Shown piece after piece: positions 11,851 through 20,662 of a stretch of 24,000 bases of DNA; position 1 is the first letter of the stretch, and every line of letters starts with the position of its first letter. Both the position numbers and the translations under genes were made by a program. Origin of the DNA: Escherichia coli (GTDB taxonomy: Bacteria; Pseudomonadota; Gammaproteobacteria; Enterobacterales; Enterobacteriaceae); NCBI RefSeq assembly GCF_040215525.1, contig NZ_CP157955.1. One strand, written 5' to 3'. The notes beneath the pieces were generated by a model. That model ran no database searches. It had not been told where the DNA came from and was given only the letters and a program-made list of their open reading frames with translations.

Positions 11851-12477
11851 TCAGAGATACAGCGAGCGGACGATGAGGAAGTGACCAGCAAAGTAGCAGG
11901 CCGCAGCAATCGCGTTGTCCGCACGGAAGCGTCGGCGATAGTGACTACCCAGCCAGACAAAGTTACTGATAAACAGTAACGAAGCGCCGACAAACGCAGA
12001 GAGTGCCGGAGCGGTCGGACGGAAGAACCACAGTTCACCTGCCAGCCACACCATCACCAGCGTCATGCCGATAAACGTGCAGATAGGCCAACGATACTCT
12101 TCCAGACGCGTCCAGATAATCGCCAGTAACAGCGCGCCCAGAACCAACAGCACCAACGGCAGAGGCCAGAAGAAGGAGAGCGTCATCTGACTGGCGAAAT
12201 AGATGGTGTACAGCAGGTGCGAGAGGAAAAACGCGCCGATGGCGTACATCAGACGTTGACGTGGCAACAGGGTTAGCGCATCGCCCAGCAGTGAGGCACA
12301 CAGCCCCGCCAGCACCAGATAGCTAATGGCGTCGAACATCGGCGCTTGCCAGGCCAGCAACAGCAGGAGAAGAAGGGTTAACGGTTTAAACACCCAGCGT
12401 TGCCAGGTTGGCCCACGATACGATGCATCCACAGATAGCCATGCGGAAAGACAGACAGCGATAAACGACCAAAGCAT
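11851..12477 (-). CDS. yhhN: TMEM86/YhhN family inner membrane protein
   Basis: 208-aa hydrophobic ORF ([39 protein letters not shown]...), matching YhhN. Confidence 0.92.
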
Positions 12478-12617
12478 CTTAGTTCCTTGAATTCGTTATT
12501 TTTTCGTAAGCGGAATGCCTACGGTCTTGCTTCCAGTTTAGTGGCGAGGGTGGACGGATGACAACACCATAACTGGCAGGGTATGCTTATTTCCGCATTT
12601 TCCGATGAGGGATAAAG

Positions 12618-12977
12618 ATGAGTAAACCACCTCTTTTCTTTATTGTTATCATTGGCTTAATCATCGTCGCCGCATCGTTTCGTTTTATGCAACAACGACG
12701 GGAAAAAGCTGATAATGATATGGCACCGCTCCAGCAAAAGCTGGTGGTGGTGAGCAACAAGCGGGAAAAACCGATTAACGATCGCCGTTCGCGCCAGCAG
12801 GAAGTGACTCCGGCAGGCACCAGTATGCGCTATGAGGCAAGCTTCAAACCGCAAAGCGGAGGAATGGAGCAGACGTTTCGCCTCGACGCCCAGCAGTACC
12901 ACGCCCTGACAGTGGGCGATAAAGGTACGCTGAGCTATAAAGGAACGCGCTTTGTCAGCTTTGTAGGCGAACAATAA
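12618..12977 (+). CDS. yhhM: DUF2500 family protein YhhM
   Basis: 119-aa ORF MSKPPLFFIVIIGLIIVAASFRFMQQRREK... with a purine-rich stretch just upstream of the ATG. Confidence 0.9.
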   Translation: MSKPPLFFIVIIGLIIVAASFRFMQQRREKADNDMAPLQQKLVVVSNKREKPINDRRSRQQEVTPAGTSMRYEASFKPQSGGMEQTFRLDAQQYHALTVGDKGTLSYKGTRFVSFVGEQ

Positions 12978-12979
12978 GG

Positions 12980-13249
12980 TTATTTTTTAACTTTAAATTT
13001 CTTCTGCCAGACCAGCAGTTCAAACACGCCGAAAAGGAAAATCCGCACCTTTTCGGCGGTGGTCATCTGCGGGCCATCTTTCGGCAAAGTGGATTTCAAT
13101 AGCGCCAGCTGCATACCATGCATCAGCACGGTAAAAATCAGCGCCACGTTAACAAAAATATTCAGCGGACGCGGGAAGGGATGCACCAGGTTGAGGATTA
13201 AAAATCCCCAAACGCAGAGCATTAACAAACGTCCAATATTAATCAACAT
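12980..13249 (-). CDS. yhhL: DUF1145 family protein YhhL
   Basis: 89-aa product starting MLINIGRLLMLCVWGFLI; CAT at 13247-13249; overlaps the rsmD 3' end by 11 bp. Confidence 0.88.
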   Translation of the reverse strand: MLINIGRLLMLCVWGFLILNLVHPFPRPLNIFVNVALIFTVLMHGMQLALLKSTLPKDGPQMTTAEKVRIFLFGVFELLVWQKKFKVKK

Positions 13250-13835
13250 CACTTTCTCCTTGTGCTTCGCGTTGATACAGCCGATAAGCCACCTGACCCG
13301 CCACTTTTTCCCGATGTAATGACCAGTTCGCCGGAACAGTGGGCAGACCGTTTTCGACTTCGCTTTCGACATAAATCAGGGCTTCGTCAGCCAGCCAGCC
13401 GTTATCTTCCAGTAAATTTATCGTCTCTTCTAACAATCCACGGCGGAACGGTGGATCGACAAACACGATATTATGCGGTGTGCCTTTTTGCGCCAGGAAT
13501 GACATCGCGTTGCTGTTCACCACGCGTGCATTGCCTGCTTTTAGTGTCGCCAGATTCTTAATTAACTGCTGAGAAACCGCACGATCCATCTCAATCAACG
13601 TGGCCCCCGCAGCGTAGCGCGATAACGCTTCCAGCCCCAGCGCGCCGCTTCCGGCGAAGCAATCCAGACATTGGGCGTCAACAATGACCGGAGCCAGCCA
13701 GTTAAACAACGTTTCGCGTACGCGGTCGGTGGTGGGGCGCAGACCTGGGCTATCAGGAACCGGGAGTTTACGGCCTCGCCACTGCCCGCCAATAATGCGG
13801 ATTTGGCCGCTGCCGGAATGATTCGGTTTTTTCAT
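13239..13835 (-). CDS. rsmD: 16S rRNA m2G966 methyltransferase RsmD
   Basis: 198-aa ORF with RIIGGQWRGRKLPV, LDCFAGSGALGLEALSR and IVFVDPPF (DPPF methyltransferase motif). Confidence 0.97.
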   Translation of the reverse strand: MKKPNHSGSGQIRIIGGQWRGRKLPVPDSPGLRPTTDRVRETLFNWLAPVIVDAQCLDCFAGSGALGLEALSRYAAGATLIEMDRAVSQQLIKNLATLKAGNARVVNSNAMSFLAQKGTPHNIVFVDPPFRRGLLEETINLLEDNGWLADEALIYVESEVENGLPTVPANWSLHREKVAGQVAYRLYQREAQGESDVD

Positions 13836-13984
13836 GATAAATTGCTCAATCCGCCAGATAACACATACTTGCAGGCGGTGATGTGAATTAAGTTAAGTGA
13901 TAGACTATTTCATCATTTTTTTAGCTGCTATGTACATAGCGTTAACGCTGTGCCATGAAGCAACAGCGAGGAGTGTAGTCGCAA

Positions 13985-15472
13985 ATGGCGAAAGAAAAAA
14001 AACGTGGCTTTTTTTCCTGGCTGGGCTTTGGTCAAAAAGAGCAGACCCCGGAAAAAGAGACAGAAGTTCAGAATGAACAACCAGTTGTAGAAGAAATCGT
14101 TCAGGCGCAAGAGCCTGTGAAGGCTTCTGAACAAGCCGTTGAAGAGCAGCCGCAGGCGCATACTGAAGCCGAGGCGGAAACTTTTGCTGCCGACGTTGTG
14201 GAAGTTACTGAACAGGTTGCTGAAAGTGAAAAAGCGCAGCCTGAAGCGGAAGTCGTTGCACAGCCGGAACTGGTCGCAGAAGAAACGCCGGAGCCAGTGG
14301 CTATCGAGCGTGAAGAACTGCCGTTGCCGGAAGACGTCAACGCCGAAGAGGTTTCGCCAGAAGAGTGGCAGGCCGAAGCGGAAACCGTAGAGATTGTCGA
14401 AGCGGCGGAAGAAGAAGCGGCTAAAGAAGAAATCACCGACGAAGAGCTGGAAGCACAGGCGCTGGCTGCCGAAGAGGCGGTGATAGTGGTTCCTCCGGCA
14501 GAAGAAGAGCAGCCGGTGGAAGAAATCGCTCAGGAGCAGGAAAAACCGACCAAAGAAGGTTTCTTCGCGCGCCTGAAACGCAGCCTGTTAAAAACCAAAG
14601 AAAATCTCGGTTCCGGATTTATCAGCCTGTTCCGCGGTAAAAAAATCGACGATGATCTGTTTGAAGAGCTGGAAGAACAGCTGTTGATCGCCGATGTGGG
14701 CGTGGAAACCACACGTAAAATTATCACCAATCTGACAGAAGGCGCATCCCGCAAGCAGCTTCGTGATGCCGAGGCGCTCTATGGCCTGCTGAAAGAAGAG
14801 ATGGGCGAGATTCTGGCGAAAGTCGATGAGCCGCTGAATGTTGAAGGTAAAACGCCGTTCGTGATCCTGATGGTGGGCGTCAACGGTGTGGGTAAAACCA
14901 CGACGATTGGTAAGCTGGCACGTCAGTTTGAGCAGCAGGGTAAATCGGTGATGCTGGCGGCGGGCGATACTTTCCGTGCAGCAGCGGTTGAACAGCTTCA
15001 GGTCTGGGGTCAGCGCAACAATATTCCGGTGATTGCCCAGCATACCGGTGCGGATTCCGCTTCTGTTATCTTCGATGCCATTCAGGCCGCTAAAGCGCGT
15101 AACATCGACGTCCTGATTGCCGATACCGCCGGACGCCTGCAGAACAAATCGCACCTGATGGAAGAGTTGAAGAAAATCGTCCGCGTGATGAAGAAACTCG
15201 ACGTTGAAGCTCCGCATGAAGTTATGCTGACCATCGATGCCAGCACCGGGCAGAATGCGGTAAGCCAGGCCAAACTGTTCCACGAAGCCGTTGGCTTAAC
15301 CGGCATCACGCTAACGAAACTGGACGGCACGGCGAAAGGCGGGGTAATTTTCTCGGTGGCTGACCAGTTTGGTATCCCTATCCGCTACATTGGTGTCGGC
15401 GAACGTATTGAGGATTTGCGTCCGTTTAAGGCGGACGACTTTATAGAGGCACTTTTTGCCCGAGAGGATTAA
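13985..15472 (+). CDS. ftsY: Signal recognition particle receptor FtsY
   Basis: 495-aa ORF: acidic Glu-rich A domain followed by the SRP GTPase NG domain (GVNGVGKTTTIGKLA, DTAGRLQNK, TKLDGTAKGG). Confidence 0.98.
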   Translation: MAKEKKRGFFSWLGFGQKEQTPEKETEVQNEQPVVEEIVQAQEPVKASEQAVEEQPQAHTEAEAETFAADVVEVTEQVAESEKAQPEAEVVAQPELVAEETPEPVAIEREELPLPEDVNAEEVSPEEWQAEAETVEIVEAAEEEAAKEEITDEELEAQALAAEEAVIVVPPAEEEQPVEEIAQEQEKPTKEGFFARLKRSLLKTKENLGSGFISLFRGKKIDDDLFEELEEQLLIADVGVETTRKIITNLTEGASRKQLRDAEALYGLLKEEMGEILAKVDEPLNVEGKTPFVILMVGVNGVGKTTTIGKLARQFEQQGKSVMLAAGDTFRAAAVEQLQVWGQRNNIPVIAQHTGADSASVIFDAIQAAKARNIDVLIADTAGRLQNKSHLMEELKKIVRVMKKLDVEAPHEVMLTIDASTGQNAVSQAKLFHEAVGLTGITLTKLDGTAKGGVIFSVADQFGIPIRYIGVGERIEDLRPFKADDFIEALFARED

Positions 15473-15474
15473 CA

Positions 15475-16143
15475 ATGATTCGCTTTGAACATGTCAGCAA
15501 GGCTTATCTCGGTGGGAGACAGGCGCTGCAGGGCGTTACGTTCCATATGCAGCCGGGTGAGATGGCGTTTCTGACCGGTCATTCCGGCGCAGGGAAAAGT
15601 ACCCTCCTGAAGCTGATCTGTGGGATTGAGCGGCCCAGCGCCGGGAAAATCTGGTTTAGCGGCCATGACATCACGCGTCTGAAAAACCGTGAAGTTCCGT
15701 TTCTGCGCCGCCAGATTGGCATGATTTTCCAGGATCACCATCTACTGATGGACCGTACTGTCTATGATAACGTGGCGATCCCGCTGATTATCGCCGGTGC
15801 CAGCGGTGATGACATTCGTCGCCGGGTGTCGGCGGCGCTGGATAAAGTCGGGCTACTGGACAAAGCGAAGAACTTCCCTATTCAGCTTTCCGGCGGTGAA
15901 CAACAGCGTGTTGGCATTGCCCGCGCGGTGGTGAACAAGCCCGCGGTACTGCTGGCGGACGAACCGACTGGTAACCTGGACGACGCGCTGTCGGAAGGCA
16001 TTTTACGTCTGTTTGAAGAGTTTAACCGCGTTGGGGTAACCGTATTGATGGCAACGCACGACATCAACCTGATCTCGCGGCGTTCCTATCGCATGCTCAC
16101 CCTGAGCGATGGTCACTTGCATGGAGGCGTGGGCCATGAATAA
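15475..16143 (+). CDS. ftsE: Cell division ATP-binding protein FtsE
   Basis: 222-aa ABC ATPase: [31 protein letters not shown]; starts 2 bp after the ftsY stop. Confidence 0.98.
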
Positions 16144-17194
16144 GCGCGATGCAATCAATCATATTCGGCAGTTTGGCGGGCGTCTGGATCGCTTCCGTAA
16201 ATCGGTCGGCGGCTCTGGCGACGGCGGTCGTAACGCGCCAAAACGGGCGAAATCCTCGCCAAAACCGGTAAATCGCAAAACCAACGTTTTCAACGAACAG
16301 GTGCGCTATGCCTTCCACGGCGCATTGCAGGATCTGAAAAGCAAACCGTTCGCCACGTTTTTAACGGTGATGGTTATCGCCATCTCCCTGACGCTGCCCA
16401 GCGTCTGTTATATGGTGTACAAAAACGTTAACCAGGCGGCGACGCAATATTATCCGTCACCGCAAATCACTGTTTATCTGCAAAAAACGCTGGACGATGA
16501 CGCCGCTGCGGGCGTGGTGGCACAGTTGCAGGCCGAGCAAGGCGTGGAGAAAGTGAATTATCTTTCTCGTGAAGACGCACTGGGCGAGTTCCGTAACTGG
16601 TCTGGTTTTGGTGGTGCGCTGGATATGCTGGAAGAAAACCCGCTTCCGGCAGTGGCGGTGGTGATCCCGAAACTCGATTTTCAGGGGACGGAATCACTGA
16701 ATACGCTGCGTGATCGTATCACCCAGATCAATGGCATTGACGAAGTGCGGATGGATGACAGCTGGTTTGCCCGTCTGGCGGCGTTAACCGGGCTGGTCGG
16801 GCGCGTTTCCGCGATGATCGGCGTGTTGATGGTGGCAGCAGTGTTCCTCGTCATCGGTAACAGTGTGCGCCTGAGTATCTTTGCTCGCCGTGACTCCATT
16901 AACGTGCAGAAACTGATTGGTGCGACGGATGGTTTCATCCTGCGCCCGTTCCTGTACGGAGGCGCATTGCTGGGATTTTCTGGCGCATTGTTGTCACTAA
17001 TTTTGTCAGAAATTCTGGTACTGCGTTTGTCATCGGCGGTTGCGGAAGTGGCACAGGTTTTCGGAACAAAGTTTGATATCAATGGCTTATCGTTCGATGA
17101 ATGCCTGCTATTGCTGCTGGTATGCTCGATGATTGGCTGGGTGGCAGCGTGGCTTGCCACGGTACAACATTTACGCCACTTTACGCCTGAATAA
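16136..17194 (+). CDS. ftsX: Cell division membrane protein FtsX
   Basis: 352-aa product beginning [26 protein letters not shown]; ATG at 16136 overlaps the ftsE end by 8 bp; the ORF track started upstream at 16109. Confidence 0.96.
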
Positions 17195-17205
17195 TAAAAG
17201 CGTGT

Positions 17206-17211
17206 TATACT
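17206..17211 (+). promoter_or_regulatory. Candidate upstream rpoH promoter -10 element (TATACT)
   Basis: GTGTTATACTC just after the ftsX stop; consistent in position with the distal sigma-70 promoter of rpoH. The -35 is not clear. Confidence 0.5.
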
Positions 17212-17237
17212 CTTTCCCTGCAATGGGTTCCGTAGCA

Positions 17238-17264
17238 GGGAAAGAGACCCCGTTGTCTCTTCCC
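17238..17264 (+). terminator. Candidate hairpin downstream of ftsX / in the long rpoH leader
   Basis: GGGAAAGAGAC (17238-17248) / GTCTCTTCCC (17255-17264), one-base bulge, 6-nt loop, followed by only a weak T-rich tract. Confidence 0.5.
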
Positions 17265-17299
17265 GGTATTTCATCTCTATGTCACATTTTGTGCGTAAT

Positions 17300-17308
17300 T
17301 TATTCACA
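17300..17308 (+). promoter_or_regulatory. DnaA box (TTATTCACA)
   Basis: One mismatch to the TTATCCACA consensus, inside the rpoH promoter region. Confidence 0.65.
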
Positions 17309-17318
17309 GCGTTGCATT

Positions 17319-17345
17319 GAACTTGTGGATAAAATCACTGTCTGA
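17319..17345 (+). promoter_or_regulatory. Sigma-E dependent rpoH promoter (GAACTT-N16-TCTGA)
   Basis: -35 GAACTT at 17319-17324 and -10 TCTGA at 17341-17345 match the sigma-E consensus and the known rpoH P3 arrangement. Confidence 0.88.
17324..17332 (-). promoter_or_regulatory. DnaA box (TTATCCACA on minus strand)
   Basis: TGTGGATAA is an exact reverse complement of the consensus DnaA box; DnaA repression of rpoH promoters is established. Confidence 0.8.
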
Positions 17346-17438
17346 TAAAACAGTGAATGATAACCTCGTTGCTCTTAAGCTCTGGCACAGTTGTTGCTAC
17401 CACTGAAGCGCCAGAAGATATCGATTGAGAGGATTTGA

Positions 17439-18293
17439 ATGACTGACAAAATGCAAAGTTTAGCTTTAGCCCCAGTTGGCAACCTGGATTCCTACATCCG
17501 GGCAGCTAACGCGTGGCCGATGTTGTCGGCTGACGAGGAGCGGGCGCTGGCTGAAAAGCTGCATTACCATGGCGATCTGGAAGCAGCTAAAACGCTGATC
17601 CTGTCTCACCTGCGGTTTGTTGTTCATATTGCTCGTAATTATGCGGGCTATGGCCTGCCACAGGCGGATTTGATTCAGGAAGGTAACATCGGCCTGATGA
17701 AAGCAGTGCGCCGTTTTAACCCGGAAGTGGGTGTGCGCCTGGTCTCCTTCGCCGTTCACTGGATCAAAGCAGAGATCCACGAATACGTCCTGCGTAACTG
17801 GCGTATCGTCAAAGTTGCGACCACCAAAGCGCAACGCAAACTGTTCTTCAACCTGCGTAAAACTAAGCAGCGTCTGGGCTGGTTTAACCAGGATGAAGTC
17901 GAAATGGTGGCCCGTGAACTGGGCGTAACCAGCAAAGACGTACGTGAGATGGAATCGCGTATGGCGGCACAGGACATGACCTTTGACCTGTCTTCCGACG
18001 ACGATTCCGACAGCCAGCCGATGGCTCCGGTGCTCTATCTGCAGGATAAATCATCTAACTTTGCCGACGGCATCGAAGATGATAACTGGGAAGAGCAGGC
18101 GGCAAACCGTCTGACCGACGCGATGCAAGGTCTGGACGAGCGTAGTCAGGATATCATCCGCGCGCGCTGGCTGGACGAAGACAACAAGTCCACGTTGCAG
18201 GAGCTGGCTGACCGTTACGGCGTTTCCGCTGAGCGTGTGCGTCAGCTGGAAAAGAACGCGATGAAAAAACTTCGCGCTGCCATTGAAGCGTAA
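17439..18293 (+). CDS. rpoH: RNA polymerase heat-shock sigma factor RpoH (sigma-32)
   Basis: 284-aa [46 protein letters not shown]...[15 protein letters not shown]. Confidence 0.99.
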   Translation: MTDKMQSLALAPVGNLDSYIRAANAWPMLSADEERALAEKLHYHGDLEAAKTLILSHLRFVVHIARNYAGYGLPQADLIQEGNIGLMKAVRRFNPEVGVRLVSFAVHWIKAEIHEYVLRNWRIVKVATTKAQRKLFFNLRKTKQRLGWFNQDEVEMVARELGVTSKDVREMESRMAAQDMTFDLSSDDDSDSQPMAPVLYLQDKSSNFADGIEDDNWEEQAANRLTDAMQGLDERSQDIIRARWLDEDNKSTLQELADRYGVSAERVRQLEKNAMKKLRAAIEA

Positions 18294-18313
18294 TTTCCGC
18301 TATTAAGCAGAGA

Positions 18314-18346
18314 ACCCTGGATGAGAGTCCGGGGTTTTTGTTTTTT
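18314..18346 (+). terminator. Rho-independent terminator of rpoH
   Basis: ACCCTGGA (18314-18321) / TCCGGGGT (18328-18335), 6-nt loop, followed by TTTTGTTTTTT. Confidence 0.88.
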
Positions 18347-18513
18347 GGGCCTCTACAATAATCAGTTTCCCCCTCCGGCAAAACGCCAATCCCCACGCAG
18401 ATTGTTAATAAACTGTCAAAATAGCTATTCCAATATCATAAAAATGGGGTATGTTTTAGCAGAGTATGCTGCTAAAGCACGGGTAGCTACGTATAAAACG
18501 AAATAAAGTGCTG

Positions 18514-18534
18514 CACAACAACATCACAACACAC
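18514..18534 (+). promoter_or_regulatory. CA-rich livJ leader segment, candidate GcvB sRNA target
   Basis: CACAACAACATCACAACACAC lies 30 nt upstream of the livJ ATG; livJ and livK are described GcvB targets and GcvB R1 is GU-rich. Confidence 0.5.
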
Positions 18535-18564
18535 GTAATAACCAGAAGAGTGGGGATTCTCAGG

Positions 18565-19668
18565 ATGAACATAAAGGGTAAAGCGTTACTGGCAGGATGT
18601 ATCGCGCTGGCATTCAGCAATATGGCTCTGGCAGAAGATATTAAAGTCGCCGTCGTAGGCGCAATGTCCGGTCCGGTGGCGCAGTACGGTGACCAGGAGT
18701 TTACTGGTGCTGAGCAGGCGGTTGCGGATATCAATGCTAAAGGTGGTATCAAAGGCAACAAACTGCAAATCGTGAAATATGACGATGCCTGTGACCCGAA
18801 ACAGGCGGTTGCGGTGGCGAACAAAGTCGTTAACGACGGCATTAAATATGTGATTGGTCACCTCTGTTCTTCATCAACGCAGCCAGCGTCAGACATCTAT
18901 GAAGATGAAGGCATTTTAATGATCACCCCAGCGGCAACCGCGCCAGAGCTGACCGCCCGTGGCTATCAGCTGATCCTGCGCACTACCGGCCTGGACTCCG
19001 ACCAGGGGCCGACGGCGGCGAAATATATTCTTGAGAAAGTGAAACCGCAGCGTATTGCTATCGTCCACGACAAACAGCAGTACGGCGAAGGTCTGGCGCG
19101 TGCGGTGCAGGACGGCCTGAAGAAAGGCAATGCTAACGTGGTGTTCTTTGATGGTATCACCGCTGGGGAAAAAGATTTCTCTACCCTGGTGGCGCGTTTG
19201 AAGAAAGAGAATATCGACTTCGTTTACTACGGTGGTTATCACCCGGAAATGGGGCAAATCCTGCGTCAGGCACGCGCGGCAGGGTTGAAAACTCAGTTTA
19301 TGGGGCCGGAAGGCGTGGCTAACGTCTCGCTGTCTAACATTGCAGGCGAATCAGCGGAAGGGCTGCTGGTGACCAAGCCGAAGAACTACGATCAGGTTCC
19401 GGCGAACAAACCGATTGTTGACGCGATCAAAGCGAAAAAACAGGACCCAAGCGGCGCGTTCGTCTGGACCACCTACGCCGCGCTGCAATCTTTGCAAGCG
19501 GGGCTGAATCAGTCTGACGATCCGGCGGAGATCGCTAAATACCTGAAAGCGAACTCGGTTGATACGGTGATGGGGCCGCTTAGCTGGGATGAGAAAGGCG
19601 ATCTGAAAGGCTTTGAGTTCGGCGTATTTGACTGGCACGCCAACGGCACGGCGACCGATGCGAAGTAA
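18565..19668 (+). CDS. livJ: Leucine/isoleucine/valine periplasmic binding protein LivJ
   Basis: 367-aa product with signal peptide [23 protein letters not shown]|[14 protein letters not shown]; ORF track start at 18508 is an upstream non-ATG codon. Confidence 0.97.
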   Translation: MNIKGKALLAGCIALAFSNMALAEDIKVAVVGAMSGPVAQYGDQEFTGAEQAVADINAKGGIKGNKLQIVKYDDACDPKQAVAVANKVVNDGIKYVIGHLCSSSTQPASDIYEDEGILMITPAATAPELTARGYQLILRTTGLDSDQGPTAAKYILEKVKPQRIAIVHDKQQYGEGLARAVQDGLKKGNANVVFFDGITAGEKDFSTLVARLKKENIDFVYYGGYHPEMGQILRQARAAGLKTQFMGPEGVANVSLSNIAGESAEGLLVTKPKNYDQVPANKPIVDAIKAKKQDPSGAFVWTTYAALQSLQAGLNQSDDPAEIAKYLKANSVDTVMGPLSWDEKGDLKGFEFGVFDWHANGTATDAK

Positions 19669-19676
19669 TCATTAAT

Positions 19677-19695
19677 CGGCAACTTTGGGTTGCCG
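19677..19695 (+). terminator. Hairpin immediately downstream of livJ
   Basis: CGGCAAC (19677-19683) / GTTGCCG (19689-19695), 5-nt loop; no strong U-tract follows, so termination is uncertain. Confidence 0.4.
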
Positions 19696-19725
19696 CCAAA
19701 TTGCTAATATCGAGTACGTTGCTTC

Positions 19726-19761
<36 letters not shown>

Positions 19762-19797
19762 AAGATCCAAAGAAATCAGTAAATTGCAGCACACATT

Positions 19798-19826
19798 GTA
19801 GGCCTGATAAGCGTAGCGCATCAGGC
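19798..19826. repeat. Second REP element, forming a BIME-like pair with 19726-19761
   Basis: GTAGGCCTGATAAGCGTAGCGCATCAGGC resembles an oppositely oriented REP unit. Confidence 0.82.
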
Positions 19827-19855
19827 AATATCACTTGTGAAATCAAACTTGACGA

Positions 19856-20239
19856 TTAACGCTTCTCCCAGCCACCCTGTTGTGCCGTAAATCCCAGTGC
19901 TCGCATAAACGCCGTCATCACGCCGCGATCTTCCACGCCAGCATCCGCCATCCACCAACATGAAACGCCAGGATTGGTACGCAAAACCTCTTCCAGCAGA
20001 TATTGCCCCACACCGCGACGGCGGGTGACTTCCCGCACGCGCAGGGAATCCAGTGCCCCCTCAGTGCCGCTTAAGGTTACCCGCACGGCCGCGAGCAGGC
20101 GCTCGTTAAAACGCGCGGCGTAGATGCGGTGGTTATCGTCAACCTGTAAAGAGGAAGGGGAATATTCCGGCCAGATCTTTTGCAGGTCAATCCGGTCCTG
20201 GTCGCTAAAGTTTTCTAATCGAATGATGGTCAGCTTCAT
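19856..20239 (-). CDS. panM: PanD maturation/regulatory factor PanM (PanZ, YhhK), GNAT-like
   Basis: 127-aa ORF MKLTIIRLENFSDQDRIDLQKIWPEYSPSSLQ... with the acetyltransferase-like RRRGVGQYLLEEV motif. Confidence 0.93.
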   Translation of the reverse strand: MKLTIIRLENFSDQDRIDLQKIWPEYSPSSLQVDDNHRIYAARFNERLLAAVRVTLSGTEGALDSLRVREVTRRRGVGQYLLEEVLRTNPGVSCWWMADAGVEDRGVMTAFMRALGFTAQQGGWEKR

Positions 20240-20613
20240 GGGGAACCCGTGTAAATCACAAAAGTGGAACCAGTGTAGCGAAATAATTTAATCGGAGGCT
20301 TTCTCTTTTTTATTTCTTTTGGCAGGTGATTAATTTTTTTTCAGCAATAATTACAAAGTTAAAACATTAGAGAATGAAAAATATCCAGCATAATCCCCTA
20401 AATGGTAGTGAATTATTCTGCCCTTTGTACCGTTATTTTATGCTGACAACGGCGCTTTTTTCTGTTTATCTATCAATAAATTCAGAATATTATCTGTTAT
20501 TAATCGACTGAAAAATAGGGATTTTAATCGCTATCATCACAAAATACTGCGCTAAACCCTTAATCAGACAGGTAAAAACAGTGCAGTATAAAAAAAGAAC
20601 AGTCTGATTTGTT

Positions 20614-20644
20614 AACACATAAAAACAAAGCAACACAACATCAC
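20614..20644 (+). promoter_or_regulatory. CA-rich livK leader segment, candidate GcvB sRNA target
   Basis: AACACATAAAAACAAAGCAACACAACATCAC upstream of the livK ATG, similar to the livJ leader. Confidence 0.5.
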
Positions 20645-20662
20645 GAATGGGGATTTTTGACT

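Noticed and set aside
13250-13372. N-terminal extension of yhhL to 13372
   Set aside because: It lies over the rsmD 3' coding sequence; the ATG at 13249 yields the compact membrane protein expected.
14588-15283. 231-aa minus-strand ORF opposite ftsY
   Set aside because: Fully antisense to the conserved FtsY GTPase domain; no recognisable motif; best explained by codon-bias-driven open antisense frames in GC-rich genes.
16109-16135. Upstream start for ftsX inside ftsE
   Set aside because: ATG at 16136 gives the known [16 protein letters not shown]-terminus; the extension just reads the ftsE 3' end out of frame.
18508-18564. N-terminal extension of livJ from a non-ATG start (and the equivalent livK extension 20609-20662)
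   Set aside because: The signal peptides start cleanly at the downstream ATGs (18565 and 20663), and the extensions cover the CA-rich leader segments.
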